Positions 41,716 to 57,222 of a stretch of 64,000 nt of DNA are shown here, in pieces (position 1 is the stretch's first letter; each line of letters begins with the position of its first letter). Both the position numbers and the translations under genes were made by a program. A model generated the notes under the pieces. It ran no database searches. It was given only the letters and a program-made list of their open reading frames with translations, and was not told where the DNA came from. The stretch comes from the human T2T-CHM13v2.0 reference genome, Homo sapiens: NCBI RefSeq assembly GCF_009914755.1, contig NC_060948.1, one strand, 5' to 3'.

Positions 41716-43318
41716 TGAGTAGCTGGAATTACAGGCACACACTGCCATGCCCGGCTAATTTTTGTATTTTTAGTAGAGACAGGGTTTTGCCATGTTGGCC
41801 AGGCTGGTCTTGAACTCCTGACCTCAAGTGATCCACCCACCTTGGCCTCCCAAAAGTGCTGGGATGACAGGTGTGAGCCACTGTGCCTGGACTAGTTTGC
41901 TACTTTTGTTTCCAAGTTCCATCTTATGGAACTTCTAAAAAATTGCATACAAGAATTTAAATGTAGACTTGATAAAGAGAAAAGTATTGGCATACACATT
42001 CCTTGTGGAGAAGCTAGTGTGTTTTAAATCTTTCTGCCCTTAAATATTTAAGTCAGTTTTTCTGACATATCACAGCATTTTCAGCGTAATTCGAATAGCA
42101 CCAGTTTTTTTTTTTTAGCTGAATGGTTGTCGAAAGTTTATATGTTTAGGTTTTTTTGTTTACATATTTAATTTTTAACACAGAAGAATATTAATGATGT
42201 CCATATCTTGTTGACATTTTGATGGCTATTTGTGCTAGTATTTTATATATCTTTTTTTTTTCTTTTTTGAGACAGGGTCTCACTCTGTTGTCCAGGCTAG
42301 AGTACAGTGCTGTGATCATATTAAACATAAGAGCATACCACAGCCTCCAACTCCTGGGCTAGAGAGATCCCCCTGCCTCAGCCTTTCAAGTAGCTGGGGC
42401 TACAGGCACACAGCATCGTGACCAGTTAGTTTTTTCATTTTTTGTAGAGGTGGGGTCTCAGTATGTTGCCCAGGCTGGTCTGAAACTCCTGGCCTCAAGC
42501 AGTCCTCTTGCCTCAGCATCCCAAATCTCTGAGATTACAGGCACGAGTCACCTCACCCAGCCTATATATTAATCTAAATGAAATAAATTTTAAATAAAGT
42601 TCCAAGTCTTTTGTTTGTACTGCATTGTAACATTACTTTTTGCTTACTGATAGTCCATGAACATTTTTTCATGTCATGTAATCATTTCTATCGTATGAGT
42701 TTTACTGATAATCATGTACTATTACATACTACATATATAATTATATTCTTCCTGTAACTAATCCCTAATTCTGAAAATGTTATGTTTCTTCTGGCATTTT
42801 AGAATTATGAATTAACAAAGCAAATCTGAGTCAACTCCATGCGCTATTTTTATTCCTTTGAAGACATTTCTAGCATTCAAATAGTTTAGATCAACGTATA
42901 TGAGTACTTTCGTAGCTTTTGACCTGGTTGTTAATTTGCTGCAGATTTTTACCAATTTATTTTGATGCCAGGGGTGTGTGCAAATGTCCCTGTCTTCACA
43001 CCATCTCCAATATTAGTTATCACCTAGGAAACCTTTGCAAATAGTGTGAAATTTTCTATCAACTTTCTCCTGGTTTCATGACTTTACTTTTAAAATTAAA
43101 AAAAAAAAACAAACCTGCATCAATTGGCCGTGGATACTTCTTATTTTGTGTATTGTATGCTTTGCCTTTTATTCTTACATTCTGATATGACATTATTGAT
43201 TTATAAGCCTTCTTCATTTATTTACAGACATAAATATTGCCAGCATGCAATATTATGCTCACGTTTTTCCACTTTATTTATGGTTTTTTGTTTTGTTTTG
43301 TTTTGAGACTGAGTTTAG

Positions 43319-43537
<219 letters not shown>

Positions 43538-43593
43538 TGAAGACCCTTGGAGGAGTTCCAGGTTGACAGGTGATGCTGTATTTTCTTTCCTAG

Positions 43594-43641
43594 GTAGCTT
43601 TTCAGATGCTGACCTTGCGGATGGCGTTTCAGGTGGAGAAG
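43594..43641 (+). CDS. CD99: CD99 exon 6 (48 nt) (G)SFSDADLADGVSGGE
   Basis: TTTCCTAG acceptor; donor AAG|GTACAG; peptide visible in ORF 43488..43793. Confidence 0.97.
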
Positions 43642-44068
43642 GTACAGTTATCTTGTTTTCTGTCTCTTTTCTCTCTCCATCCCATGATGCCCACCTGCTC
43701 TGTAGAATCACTACAGGGTCTAAACTGTCAGCTCTCTGTGAACTCACAGTGAAATGTTCAGCCATCTCTGTGGGAACTCCGCCTGTTTGCTGAGGCTTCA
43801 AGGATGTGGGAAGTAAAGGCTGCCCCGTAGAGGTTCGGTCCTCGGAGAAGAGTTCAGGGCCCAGGCAGCTGCCCCACTTTTCTGAGGGACAGGGCGTGAT
43901 GAATGGGCCCTTGTCACCACCTCCTCACCCATCCGTTCACCTGTGTGTTCTTGCAAATAACTAGTGTTGTTTCAGCTTCATTTTATTAGGCTGTTTTCTG
44001 TAATTTAAGGAATGTGAATATTAAAGCCCTGAGAATAGTGATAATGCCTGGGAGTATGCGTTCTCAGA

Positions 44069-44208
44069 GTACCCCTAGAGTGTAACAGGCAGCACCTCAG
44101 CTCTGTAGCTGTGTAACATGCACCCTTAGAGTGTAATAGGCAGGACCCCAGCTCTGTAGCTGGGTAACATGTACCCCCGTAGAGTGTAAGAAGCAGGACC
44201 CCAGCCTC
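44069..44208 (+). repeat. ~51-bp minisatellite x ~2.7 upstream of exon 7
   Basis: TAGAGTGTAA...GCAG(G/C)ACC(C/T)CAGC repeated three times. Confidence 0.85.
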
Positions 44209-44280
44209 TTCACGGTCCTGGCTGTGAATTTTTCCTTGACCCCAAACCTTCCCATTGCAGACGTTGTTTTTGTCTTGCAG

Positions 44281-44331
44281 GAAAAGGAGGCAGTGATGGT
44301 GGAGGCAGCCACAGGAAAGAAGGGGAAGAGG
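44281..44331 (+). CDS. CD99: CD99 exon 7 (51 nt) (G)KGGSDGGGSHRKEGEE
   Basis: TCTTGCAG acceptor; donor AGG|GTAGGT. Confidence 0.97.
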
Positions 44332-44889
44332 GTAGGTGCACCTGGCTTCTGTCTTCTTGTCTCTCCCACGTGGTGTTGAGAAGGGGAAGCAGAATGTCTG
44401 AGAGCTGGCGGACTGCACTGGCATTGGCCTCCTAAAGCTACTGGCAGGAGGCACGGGTGTTCTGTGCCAAGTGCTCCCAAGTGATGTAGCTGCAGAGGTC
44501 CCCCAGCAAACCAGCCCTGCTCCGGGTGCCCACGTGACGCGGATTTTATGTTTGGTCACCTGCCCACGATGCCCTGGCTGGCGACCCGACCCCTACATCA
44601 CGCTTCGCCTTGTCCTTGTGTTTACAAAAGCTCCTACACTCACCCTAACGATCAGAGGCTTGTGACGCAGTATCCTCGGTTGCGCTTGGCCCTTGAGAAC
44701 GTCAGTAACCAGGTGGGAGGTGGGAATGTGGATCGCTTCCACCCTGGCTGTAACAGGCATTGTGTTCTCCATGGAAGTGCCGGTGATGTATCTCCTGTCT
44801 CCTTTTTCATAACCTTTTCCCTTAGATGGGACAAGAAAATAATGACAGACAGAATTCCTTTTAAAACTGTAAAGAAAACAAAATGAGGT

Positions 44890-45010
44890 AAGAAAGAGAA
44901 ACAGAGAAGTAGGGAGGAAGAAAAAAGGGAAGGAGGGAAGGAAAGAAGGAAGGAGGGATGGAGAGAAGGAAGGAAGGAGGGAAGAAGGGAAGGAAGGAAG
45001 GGAGGAAAAG
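44890..45010 (+). repeat. GA-rich (GGAA/GGGA) polypurine tract
   Basis: Direct reading. Confidence 0.9.
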
Positions 45011-45420
45011 TGGGTAGTCTACCCTTGTTTTAGGTATTTATTATTTTTATGGGTACAGTTCTTGAATTCTAGGCTTTCTTTGAAGAGGTAGTAATCTGTA
45101 GCCCTCACCTAGGACTACAAGGTCATTTTTTAAAAAATAGCTAAGAAAACACATGTCTGGCATGTTTATCTCAGGCCATCGTTCTTGGCCTTCTAGAGAG
45201 TTAATGTCTACTATGTCACTTCATCAGGGAGGGGTAGTTAAGCTTGAAAAATCTTTCTATGACATGACTGTGTCCTGCACATATTAAAAACTGGCCGAGT
45301 GAACACACCACCGACAGGCCATGTTTGGAGCCAGTGTTTTTGCTGAAAGTCAGACAATTCTCCTTCCCCGTCGTGGAGGGCGGAGAAGATTCTATCTGGA
45401 GAAGGGTCCTCTGAAGCTCA

Positions 45421-46127
<707 letters not shown>

Positions 46128-46608
46128 CTAGGCAGCAGGCAGGTTGCTTTAGGCTGGGAGTTCGAGATCAGACTGGGCAACATAGCAAGACCCCAATTCT
46201 ATAAAACCACAGTAATTAACCAGGCATGGTGGTGCACACCTGTAGTCCCAGCTACTCGGAAGGCTGAAGTGGGAGGATCTCATGAGCCCAGGAGTTTGAG
46301 ATTGCAGTGAGCTGTGATTACATCATTGCACTCCAGCCTGTTTGACAGAGCAAGAACCCATCTCAAAATAATACACAATAATAATAATTAATTAAATAGA
46401 GATAGATTTAAAATGTCTGCATTGAAACCCAAAGCTATCTTCAAGGGGTGAAAAAGGAGCATTCTAACGATACAAAACGCATTGGCAAATGCCCCAAGCA
46501 TTGCAGGTCTTTGCTTCTTTATCTTCTGCCCCTGCCTGGGCTCCTTCCTCCAGGTTTGATGTCCAGCTCTCTCTTTCTTTTTTGTTTTGTTTTGTTTTGA
46601 GATGGTGA

Positions 46609-46704
<96 letters not shown>

Positions 46705-47226
46705 TGAGTAGCTGGGATTAAAGGCACCCACCCTTACTCCCGGCTAATTTTTGTATTTTTCGTAGAGACGGGTTTTACCATGTTGACCAGGCTGGTCTCA
46801 AACTCCTGACCTCAGGCGATTCACCTGCCTCGGCCTCCCAAAGTGCTGGGATTACAGGCGTGAGCCACCACGCCCAGCCCCAGCTCTCTTTCCATCTGTC
46901 TTTGTCTTTTTTTGTCTCTGCCTTGGTTCTGCTGAGCTTCTGCCCGTACCTCGCTGGCCTCTCTTCATGTCTCTTTTCTCCTGCTCCACTCCCTCCATGG
47001 TCTGACCAGGTCTGCCCAGCACGTGCGATGGGAGATTGTGCCTTGCTTTGCCTTCCTGTGTATCATTCTCGGCATGCTTCCTTTGCAAATCGGTCAGCTC
47101 AGGCGTCTGAGATGTTCTGAGGATCTTGGTGCTCTCAGACTGACTGTCTCTGCCAGCCACTGCCCCCTGGGATCTTCTCTGCACCGTGCGTGTCTCAATC
47201 ACGATGCTGTGTGCTTCCTCCTGCAG

Positions 47227-47340
47227 CCGACGCCCCAGGCGTGATCCCCGGGATTGTGGGGGCTGTCGTGGTCGCCGTGGCTGGAGCCATCTCTAGCTTC
47301 ATTGCTTACCAGAAAAAGAAGCTATGCTTCAAAGAAAATG
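47227..47340 (+). CDS. CD99: CD99 exon 8 (114 nt): transmembrane helix and basic stop-transfer, (A)DAPGVIPGIVGAVVVAVAGAISSFIAYQKKKLCFKEN
   Basis: CTCCTGCAG acceptor; donor ATG|GTAAGT; hydrophobic segment followed by KKK in ORF 47190..47456. Confidence 0.98.
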
Positions 47341-47838
47341 GTAAGTCTCAGTCCGCCGGTGCCTCTCCTTCATGCCTTGCTGATTGGAAAACTGTGCTTT
47401 CTTTAAAAGGCAGAAACCAAACTCGGGCTGGCACGAAACAGGTGCACGATGGCTGATGGTTCGTGAAACTGCTAAAATTCTGGAATCGAACCTTCTGGCT
47501 TTGATTTCAGGGCTGTTCTGCCTTGTGTTTTGTTGTGTGAAAGTTTACAAGTTCCCCACTGCTGCAGTGCTTGGGTTGTTTACGTCTACCAAGTGGGAAA
47601 TGGTTGGTACATATGCCGCGGAATTGTTGCTGGGGTTAGAGACAGTCCTGCAGGAAAGCCGCTACAAGTTACCCTGCAGAGAGCAAAGGTGGAAGACACT
47701 TAGCTCTGATCATTCCTGCCCTGTTATTTACAACCGATGTCATCATCAGGAGGAGAGCCGTGACCAGGGGGCCGCCACGGTCCTTTCTCCACTGAGAGTT
47801 AAGTTAAAAGCCGGCACAAGGCCGGACATGGTGGCTCA

Positions 47839-48238
<400 letters not shown>

Positions 48239-48318
48239 TCACCATTGCAATCCTCCTAGGTCAGCTGGCAGGCTCTTTGGGACCTTGTATTGGGATCCGC
48301 CGTGAAGCTGGGAAGTAA

Positions 48319-48567
<249 letters not shown>

Positions 48568-49052
48568 TGAGTAGCTGGGATTATAGGCACCCGCCACCAC
48601 GCCCGGCTAATTTCTGTATTTTTAGTAGAGATGGGGTCTCACCATGTTGGCCAGGCTGGTCTCCAACTCCTCACCTCAAGTGATCCACCCGCCTCGGCCT
48701 CCCAAAGTCTTGGGATTACAGGCGTGAGGCACCACACCTGGCCAACAGCTACTGTTTTATGGAGGAGCCCCTGGGGTCCCTCACGCCTCTGGGTGTCTGA
48801 ACTTCTCACCCTACTTAGATCTTAAGTCCTTATTCATTCTTGGTCACTGATGTCATTCACTCAAAGCACTGCCTCCTGAAGATTTTAGAGGGATTCCTAG
48901 AACATTTGAATAGATGCTGGTGTGGACAAAGTTAGACTGTAGGGGTGGAGTTTCCCCGTAATCTCCCATCATTCCAGCATTTGACATCCACAAACATTAT
49001 TTAGAGCGTGAAATGGAGAGTCCTAAACAGCTTTCGGATCTCAAGACTTTAA

Positions 49053-49472
<420 letters not shown>

Positions 49473-50281
49473 TGATTGAATGGCAGTTTTGAGCGGGACC
49501 CAAATGGACAGATGACCACATTCAAGGAGATGCCTGTAAGAGACGTACGATTAGAATCACGTTGGAAAAAAGCAAACAGCATAACATTCTTCTCCCCTCT
49601 TGCTTCTTCTAGAAGTAGCGGAGGGGTTAAAACAGTAGGGACTCAATGGAAGGGAATTTTTGTTTGCTTTTCAATGACATTTCTTTTTCTTTTCTGAAAC
49701 TGTTCAACTCACAGCATAATATTCAACCAGGAGGTAAGGAAGGCTTGTTTGCCAGGACAGGATGCGTAATATTCTAGATGTTGTATTTCAAACTCTCTGG
49801 CTTTTTTTTTGAGACGGAGTCTCGCTCTATCGCCCAGAATGGAGGGCAGTGGTGCAATCTTGGCTCACTGCAACCTCGCGGGTTCAAGCAATTCTCCTGC
49901 CTCAGCCTCCGAAGTAACTGGAATTACAGGTGTGCATCACCACACCCGGCTAATTTTTGTATTTTTAGTAGAGATGGGGGTTCACCATGTTGGACACACT
50001 GGTCTCGAACTCGTGACCTCAGGTGGTTCCCCCCCCGCAATCTTGGCCTCCCAAAGTGTTGGGATTATAGGCGTGAGTCAAAGCACCCGGCCTCTTTTTT
50101 AGAATCCCAGACAATTGTTGAACACTTTTGCATTAAACTACAAAGTCTCTGATTGATGATTCTCTGAAAATCTTTAGGTCAACCCAAATTGGATTCATGA
50201 GTTGCAAAGGATGTTTATTACCTTGTGCGTGCAGACGTAGGAACTTTTGGGATCTTGTAAGCCTATTTCATATTCACATCC

Positions 50282-50572
50282 TGTATTAGTCCGTTTTCAC
50301 ACTGCTATGAAGAACTGCCTAAGACTGGATAATTCATGAAGGAAAGAGGATTCATTGATTCACAGTTCAGCATGGCTGGGGAGGCCTCAGGAAACTTAAC
50401 AATCATGGCAGAAGGGGACGCAAGGCACCATCCCATTATCACGAGAACAGCATGGGGGAACCTTCGCTATGGTTCAGTGACCCCAACCTGGTCTCTCCCT
50501 GGACACATGGGGATTATGGGAATTACAATTTAAGATGAGATTTGGGTGGGGACACAGAGGCTCATCATATCA
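50282..50572. mobile_element. MSTA/THE1-type MaLR solo LTR
   Basis: TGTATTAGTCC...CATATCA termini; 5-bp TSD CATCC/CATCT. Confidence 0.85.
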
Positions 50573-51031
50573 CATCTGAAGACACTCAAACTTGGGAAAG
50601 CACCCAGGAGGCTTAATAGACTTGATTTTGTCAAAAATTTTGAAATAGAATTGGGAAAAGGAAAAACAACTTTTCCTCTACCTTATCCGCCCCGCCACCC
50701 CTGGGTCTTGGTCTTGGGTGGAAGCATTATCTTTTTTTATTGCAGGAGGTGGGGCAGGCATGAACAATGAAAGCTCTCACTGGGTAGAAACAATTTTCCT
50801 AGATTCTTCAAGAACAAAAGCAAATATGTCCTGGCGAGGTGGCCGACACCTGTAATCCCAGTGCTTTGGGAGTCCAAGGAAAGAGGATTGCTTGAGCCCA
50901 GGAGTTCAAGATCAGCCTGGGCAACATAGTGAAACCTCATCTCTACAAAAAATGTAAAAAATTAGCTGGGCGTGCTTGCGCCTGCCTGTGGTCCCAACTA
51001 CTCTGGAGGCCGAGGTGTGAGGATTGCTTGA

Positions 51032-51334
<303 letters not shown>

Positions 51335-52254
51335 TAGCCAGGATGGTCTTGATCTCCTGACCTCATGATCCACCTGCCTTGGCCTCCCAAAGTGCTAGAA
51401 TTACAGGCATGAGCCACCGTGCCCGGCCCCCAAAATAATTTTTTTTAAAAAAGCATCCTTTCTGAAGAATTGGCTCAGGGGAGTCCAAGATTCACTTTAT
51501 ACTAATGAGATGCTAGGCTAATTTTCTTCTAATATTTTCTATAAGTCTCTTATTCTGATGCCAAATTAACAGAAGGTCCAACTTTCAATTCCTGGTTTGC
51601 TTTCTAGTTATCCTGGGATTGATTTTCTTGGCCTTTTGTAAATGCACAAAGCAAAGGGCCAAAAAGAAAATAAAATAAAGTATAACAAAGAGAAGCAAGA
51701 GATGGTGAAACCCCGTCTCTACTAAAAATACAAGAATTAGCTGTGCGTGATGGTGGGCACCTGTAATATCCCAGCTACTTGGGAGGCTGAGGCAGGGAAT
51801 TGCTTGAACCCGGGAGGCAGAGGTTGCAGTGAGCCAAGATTGTGCCACCACACTCCAGCCTGGACAACAGAGTGAGACTCTGTCTCAAAAAAAAAAAAAA
51901 AAAAAGAGAAAGAAAACAAAAACAAGGCACTCTTCTATAAATACCAAGACCCTACCTCAAAAGAGGACCTTTCCAACTGCATCCACTCACAGCTTGGTTT
52001 TTATACCTGAATTATAAAATGAGTTTAATATTTATCTCAGTGACATGATTTTGTTAGTAGACATGGAATTGTGATGTTGGATCGAGTTATCCGGAAGACG
52101 AAAGATGTCAGAGCCCTCAGCCTCTGGGGCAGGATTTTGCTTTATGGGTTCGATTTCCGGGATGGTGATTTTGAGATCTGGCAACCCCATAGGTTCATGG
52201 GGAGCTTGGAGATTTCATAAGAAGGATGTGAGTATAGCATGCCCTGGTCCTTCA

Positions 52255-52593
<339 letters not shown>

Positions 52594-52846
52594 TTATTCT
52601 ACCAGACAGGCTCATTTTCCGGGACTGTGTCATTGCATTGAAATCTGTGGTGTTTGTTAAATTTGTATTAAAATGAGTCCCAGGCGAGTGAGTAGACATA
52701 GGTGAGTCTTCGGCATCTTTCCAACAAGGAGATGCCTTTATCAAATCCTGTGACTTGATATAGATTTACTGAGAAGCTTTGCAGTGTTATATTTTGGGGT
52801 TCACGGATTAGAAACTCCTTGTGGAATCAGATGGCTCTGTCTGTTA

Positions 52847-53055
52847 TAGGTTGGTGCAAAAATAACTGCGGTTTATGCCATTAAAAGTAATAGCAACATA
52901 GCAAGACCTCGTGTCTACAAAAAACGTAAAAAAAAAAAAATTAGCTGAGTGTGGTGGCTCCCAGCTAATTTTTTACCTTTTTTTGTAGAGACAGAGTCTT
53001 GCTATGTTGCCATTACTTTTAATGGCAAAAACCACAATTACTTTTGCACCAGCCT
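52847..53055. mobile_element. MADE1 (Hsmar1 mariner MITE) TIRs enclosing an inverted pair of Alu fragments
   Basis: TAGGTTGGTGCAAAAATAACTGCGGTTTATGCCATT and AATGGCAAAAACCACAATTACTTTTGCACCAGCCT are MADE1 TIRs. Confidence 0.88.
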
Positions 53056-53387
53056 CCGTTCCTCCCTTCCTACAGATTTGAGTTTGTGGTGCTTGGGCTT
53101 CTCCTGGTTTTTGTCCATGTGATACGAAGGGGCCTGTTGAAGCTGCTTCTCTCATGCACTCGGGGTCTGTGACTTCGCATCTGGGTGTGTTGGCTTCGCG
53201 GGGGACCTGGCTCAGACCACTAACCGCACGGAGCCTGACCACTTCCCACAGAGCCCAGCTTCCGTGGCTGGCAAGGGGTGTTCAGGATGCTGTCCTTTGG
53301 CTGTGGTGGCTGGTCCTACTGCTCTGTTTGCCAGGGTCCTGGGCTCACAGTGGGTTTCTTGAGGCTTTGGCAAGATGGGCGATTGGC

Positions 53388-54137
53388 TCTCCCTGTCTCC
53401 TTCTTTCTCTTTCTTCTTCTCTGCCTTTCTTCCTTCCCTCCTCCTTTCTTTCCCCCTCCCTCCTTCTTTTCTCTCTTCCTTCCCTGCTTTTCTCTTTCTT
53501 CCTTTGCCCTCAGTTCTCCCTCTCTCTCTCTCTTTTCATTCTTTCTTGAACTCTCCCTCTTTCTTCCTCCCTCCCTCCCTTCTTCTTTTCCTCCTTTTCC
53601 TTTTTCTCTCTTCCTTTTCTCTATCTCTTCCTTTCTTCCTTCTCTTTTCTTCTTATGTACCTCTTTCTTTTTTCTCTCTTCTTTCCTTCCTTCCTTTCTT
53701 TCCATCCCTCCCTCCTTCTTTCCTTTTCCCCTCTCCATCCCTTCCTCCTTTCCTTCCTTCCTTTCTTTTTTTCCTCTCTATTCTTTGTCTCTCTTCATCC
53801 ATCTCTCCTGTTCTTACATGCCTCTTTTCTTCCTTCCTTCTTTCTTCTCTCCCTCCTTCCCTTCTTTCCTTCCTTCCTTCCCTTCCTCCTTCCCTCTCTC
53901 CTTCCCTTCCTCCCTCCCTCCCTCATTTCCTTCCTCCCTGCTTCACTTCTTCCTCCCTCCCTTCCTCCATACCTCCCTGCTTCCTTTTTTCCAACCTCCT
54001 TCCCTCCTCGTTCCTTCCCTCTCTTTCTGCCTTCCTCCCTTCCTTCCTCCCATCCCTTCTTCCTGCTTCCCTCCTGCTCTCCCTGTTCCCTGCCTCCCTC
54101 CCTGCCTTCCTCTGTCTCTCCCTTCCTCCACTCCTTA
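53388..54137 (+). repeat. ~750-bp CT-rich polypyrimidine tract
   Basis: Direct reading; almost only C/T on the + strand. Confidence 0.95.
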
Positions 54138-54317
54138 ATTTTGGTTTCCACTTCCCACTCTCACACTTTGAGCCTCTATCCCATTACTTCCTTGCTCAGA
54201 GCAGCTCTTTCTAACACCTCCCTGCTGCTGGGAGCCCCAGCGCACAGCAAAAGCAGACCCAGCACCAGTTTACTTTTTGTATTATTATTTTTTATCGTTT
54301 TCAACCTTCCATTTCAG

Positions 54318-54335
54318 ATGGCTGAAGACCTAGGG
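54318..54335 (+). CDS. CD99: Alternative 18-nt exon of CD99 type II (short, CD99sh): adds Asp-Gly-stop (TGA 54323-54325), giving a 160-aa protein
   Basis: ATGGCTGAAGACCTAGGG lies between a U-rich tract + TTTCAG acceptor and a GGG|GTGAGC donor. It matches the established 18-nt insertion between exons 8 and 9 that truncates the cytoplasmic tail. Confidence 0.92.
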
Positions 54336-54938
54336 GTGAGCAGAGAACCCAGCCCAGGCCTGCGGAGCGTCCTGACCGTAATCGTTTTATCTGCTAAGAC
54401 ATAGCCTTAAAGCAAACCCTTCCATCTGCCGCTCCCCTCGCCCTGCTGGCAAATTCCCACCACGATGGGATTCTCAATCACATGGCGGATTCTCTGCCTT
54501 CAGTTCCATATGCTTTTGCCTTTCTGGATGCACAGAAGCTCATTATAGCAAATCATATTTCTGCATAAGAGCTTCAGAAAATGAAGAGAAATGCAGATAT
54601 TTTCTTTTAAACATGAATCTAACAGAAACAGGGCAGTGACTTCCATGTTTTAATGAGTTTTGTCCCTAAGTCCATCCCTGCCAAGGGAACAAACTGGGGC
54701 CCAGGGTGGCCACCCTCTTCCCTGCAGTGTCCTAGGTTAAGCTCACTCACGTCCTAAGGATTTGACCTTCCAGGTCATGCATGGATTTTTAAATCTTCAA
54801 CGTTTTTGGCCGTTGACTTGCATTTCTCACTGCACTTCCTATGAAGCAGTTCTTAACTCTTTCTGTGATCAGTGTTCCAAACAGGTACACACCTTGGTTC
54901 CTAGAAAAACAAAATTCATACGTTGAGGAATCACCTAA

Positions 54939-55812
<874 letters not shown>

Positions 55813-56975
55813 CCTCTTGTGGAAATGAGGCACAGCCTCCCTTATGGTTGAGCCGTAGTTCTAGCTGAGCACGGATGGTTTGATCCTCCTGTGTTGGGGC
55901 ACTGTATGGTGTGAGGGCACAAAACCTTGACCCACATGGGTCTGGTCACCTTCTCACAGAGGTCACCTTTACAGCCCCCCAACTCTTTGAAGGATGTGTC
56001 CCAAGGTGTCTCAAGTCTGATGCAATGAAAGCTGCCCCCCATTGACCACAGGACTGAGTCCAGAATGTCCTGCGTGTTTCCCAGAGTGTCTGTCCTAACA
56101 CCGCTTAAAGATTAGCCACTGCTAGACAGTGATCCTCAGGTATATGGTCTCAGGATTGGCCCCAAGCACACGGTGTGTGTGTGTGTATAAATATATCTTC
56201 ACAAAGCATAGGTACCCATTAAAGCCATATTGCTTTGCTGAATGGTTCTAATAGCTACAGATGATTTCTAGCCTGAAAGAAAAGCACCACGAATTGTTTG
56301 AAGTTGACTTGTCAGATGTGGCATGCTTGGTCTAAGTTTTGACAGGAAGGGTATGTGGGTAGGGGTGTACGGAGCATCTCATGAGACCAGTTCTCCTCCT
56401 GAGAGGTCCGTGATGTTGGAACTGTTGCCCCAGATGGACTTTGCCCTTGTGAGACTTTATACTTTTCAATGCAGTTTTTCCCTCTTTAAAACTCGCCAGC
56501 TTTTATGTAGTGTTTTATAAAATTACAGGAATAAAAAGAATATCTTTTATGCTTTTTAACCAATGAGGGGAGAGGGAGAAATTATTTGTCCTCTGAAATG
56601 AATGCAGGTTTTCAATTTCTAGCCAGGACAGTTTGCTGCAAAATGCACCCGTGTTGACAACTTGTGACTGGCAGAACAAATGACATTTGTGGTGAACATT
56701 TTCGGATCATTTCGAATGTTCTTCTCTTCAGGGGGTTTTCCTCTCTTTTTCTTAAATCAAAGAATTTGGCCCTTTATGTGGGAGTCATTTAGTGGTTAGG
56801 GAGAACAGTTGAAACTGTGGAGTTCACGTAGCGTAAACTGGCGAGGCTGTCTCTGCTGCTGTCATTAAAAGTTACGCTGCTGGCTTGGCACGGTGGTTCA
56901 CACCTGTAATCCCAGCATTTTGGGAGGCCGAGGTGGGCAGATCACGAAGTCAGGAGATCGAGACCATCCTGGCTA

Positions 56976-57222
<247 letters not shown>

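Noticed and set aside
44890-45010. GGAA-rich tract as an EWSR1-FLI1 microsatellite enhancer explaining CD99 expression in Ewing sarcoma
   Set aside because: At most ~3 consecutive GGAA here and only 4 consecutive TTCC at 53866-53881; much shorter and more degenerate than typical responsive microsatellites. It cannot be supported without ChIP data.
53278-54404. Hydrophobic Phe/Leu/Ser/Pro ORFs (250-286 aa) and the similar 54984..55724
   Set aside because: Polypyrimidine-tract artefacts, not membrane proteins.
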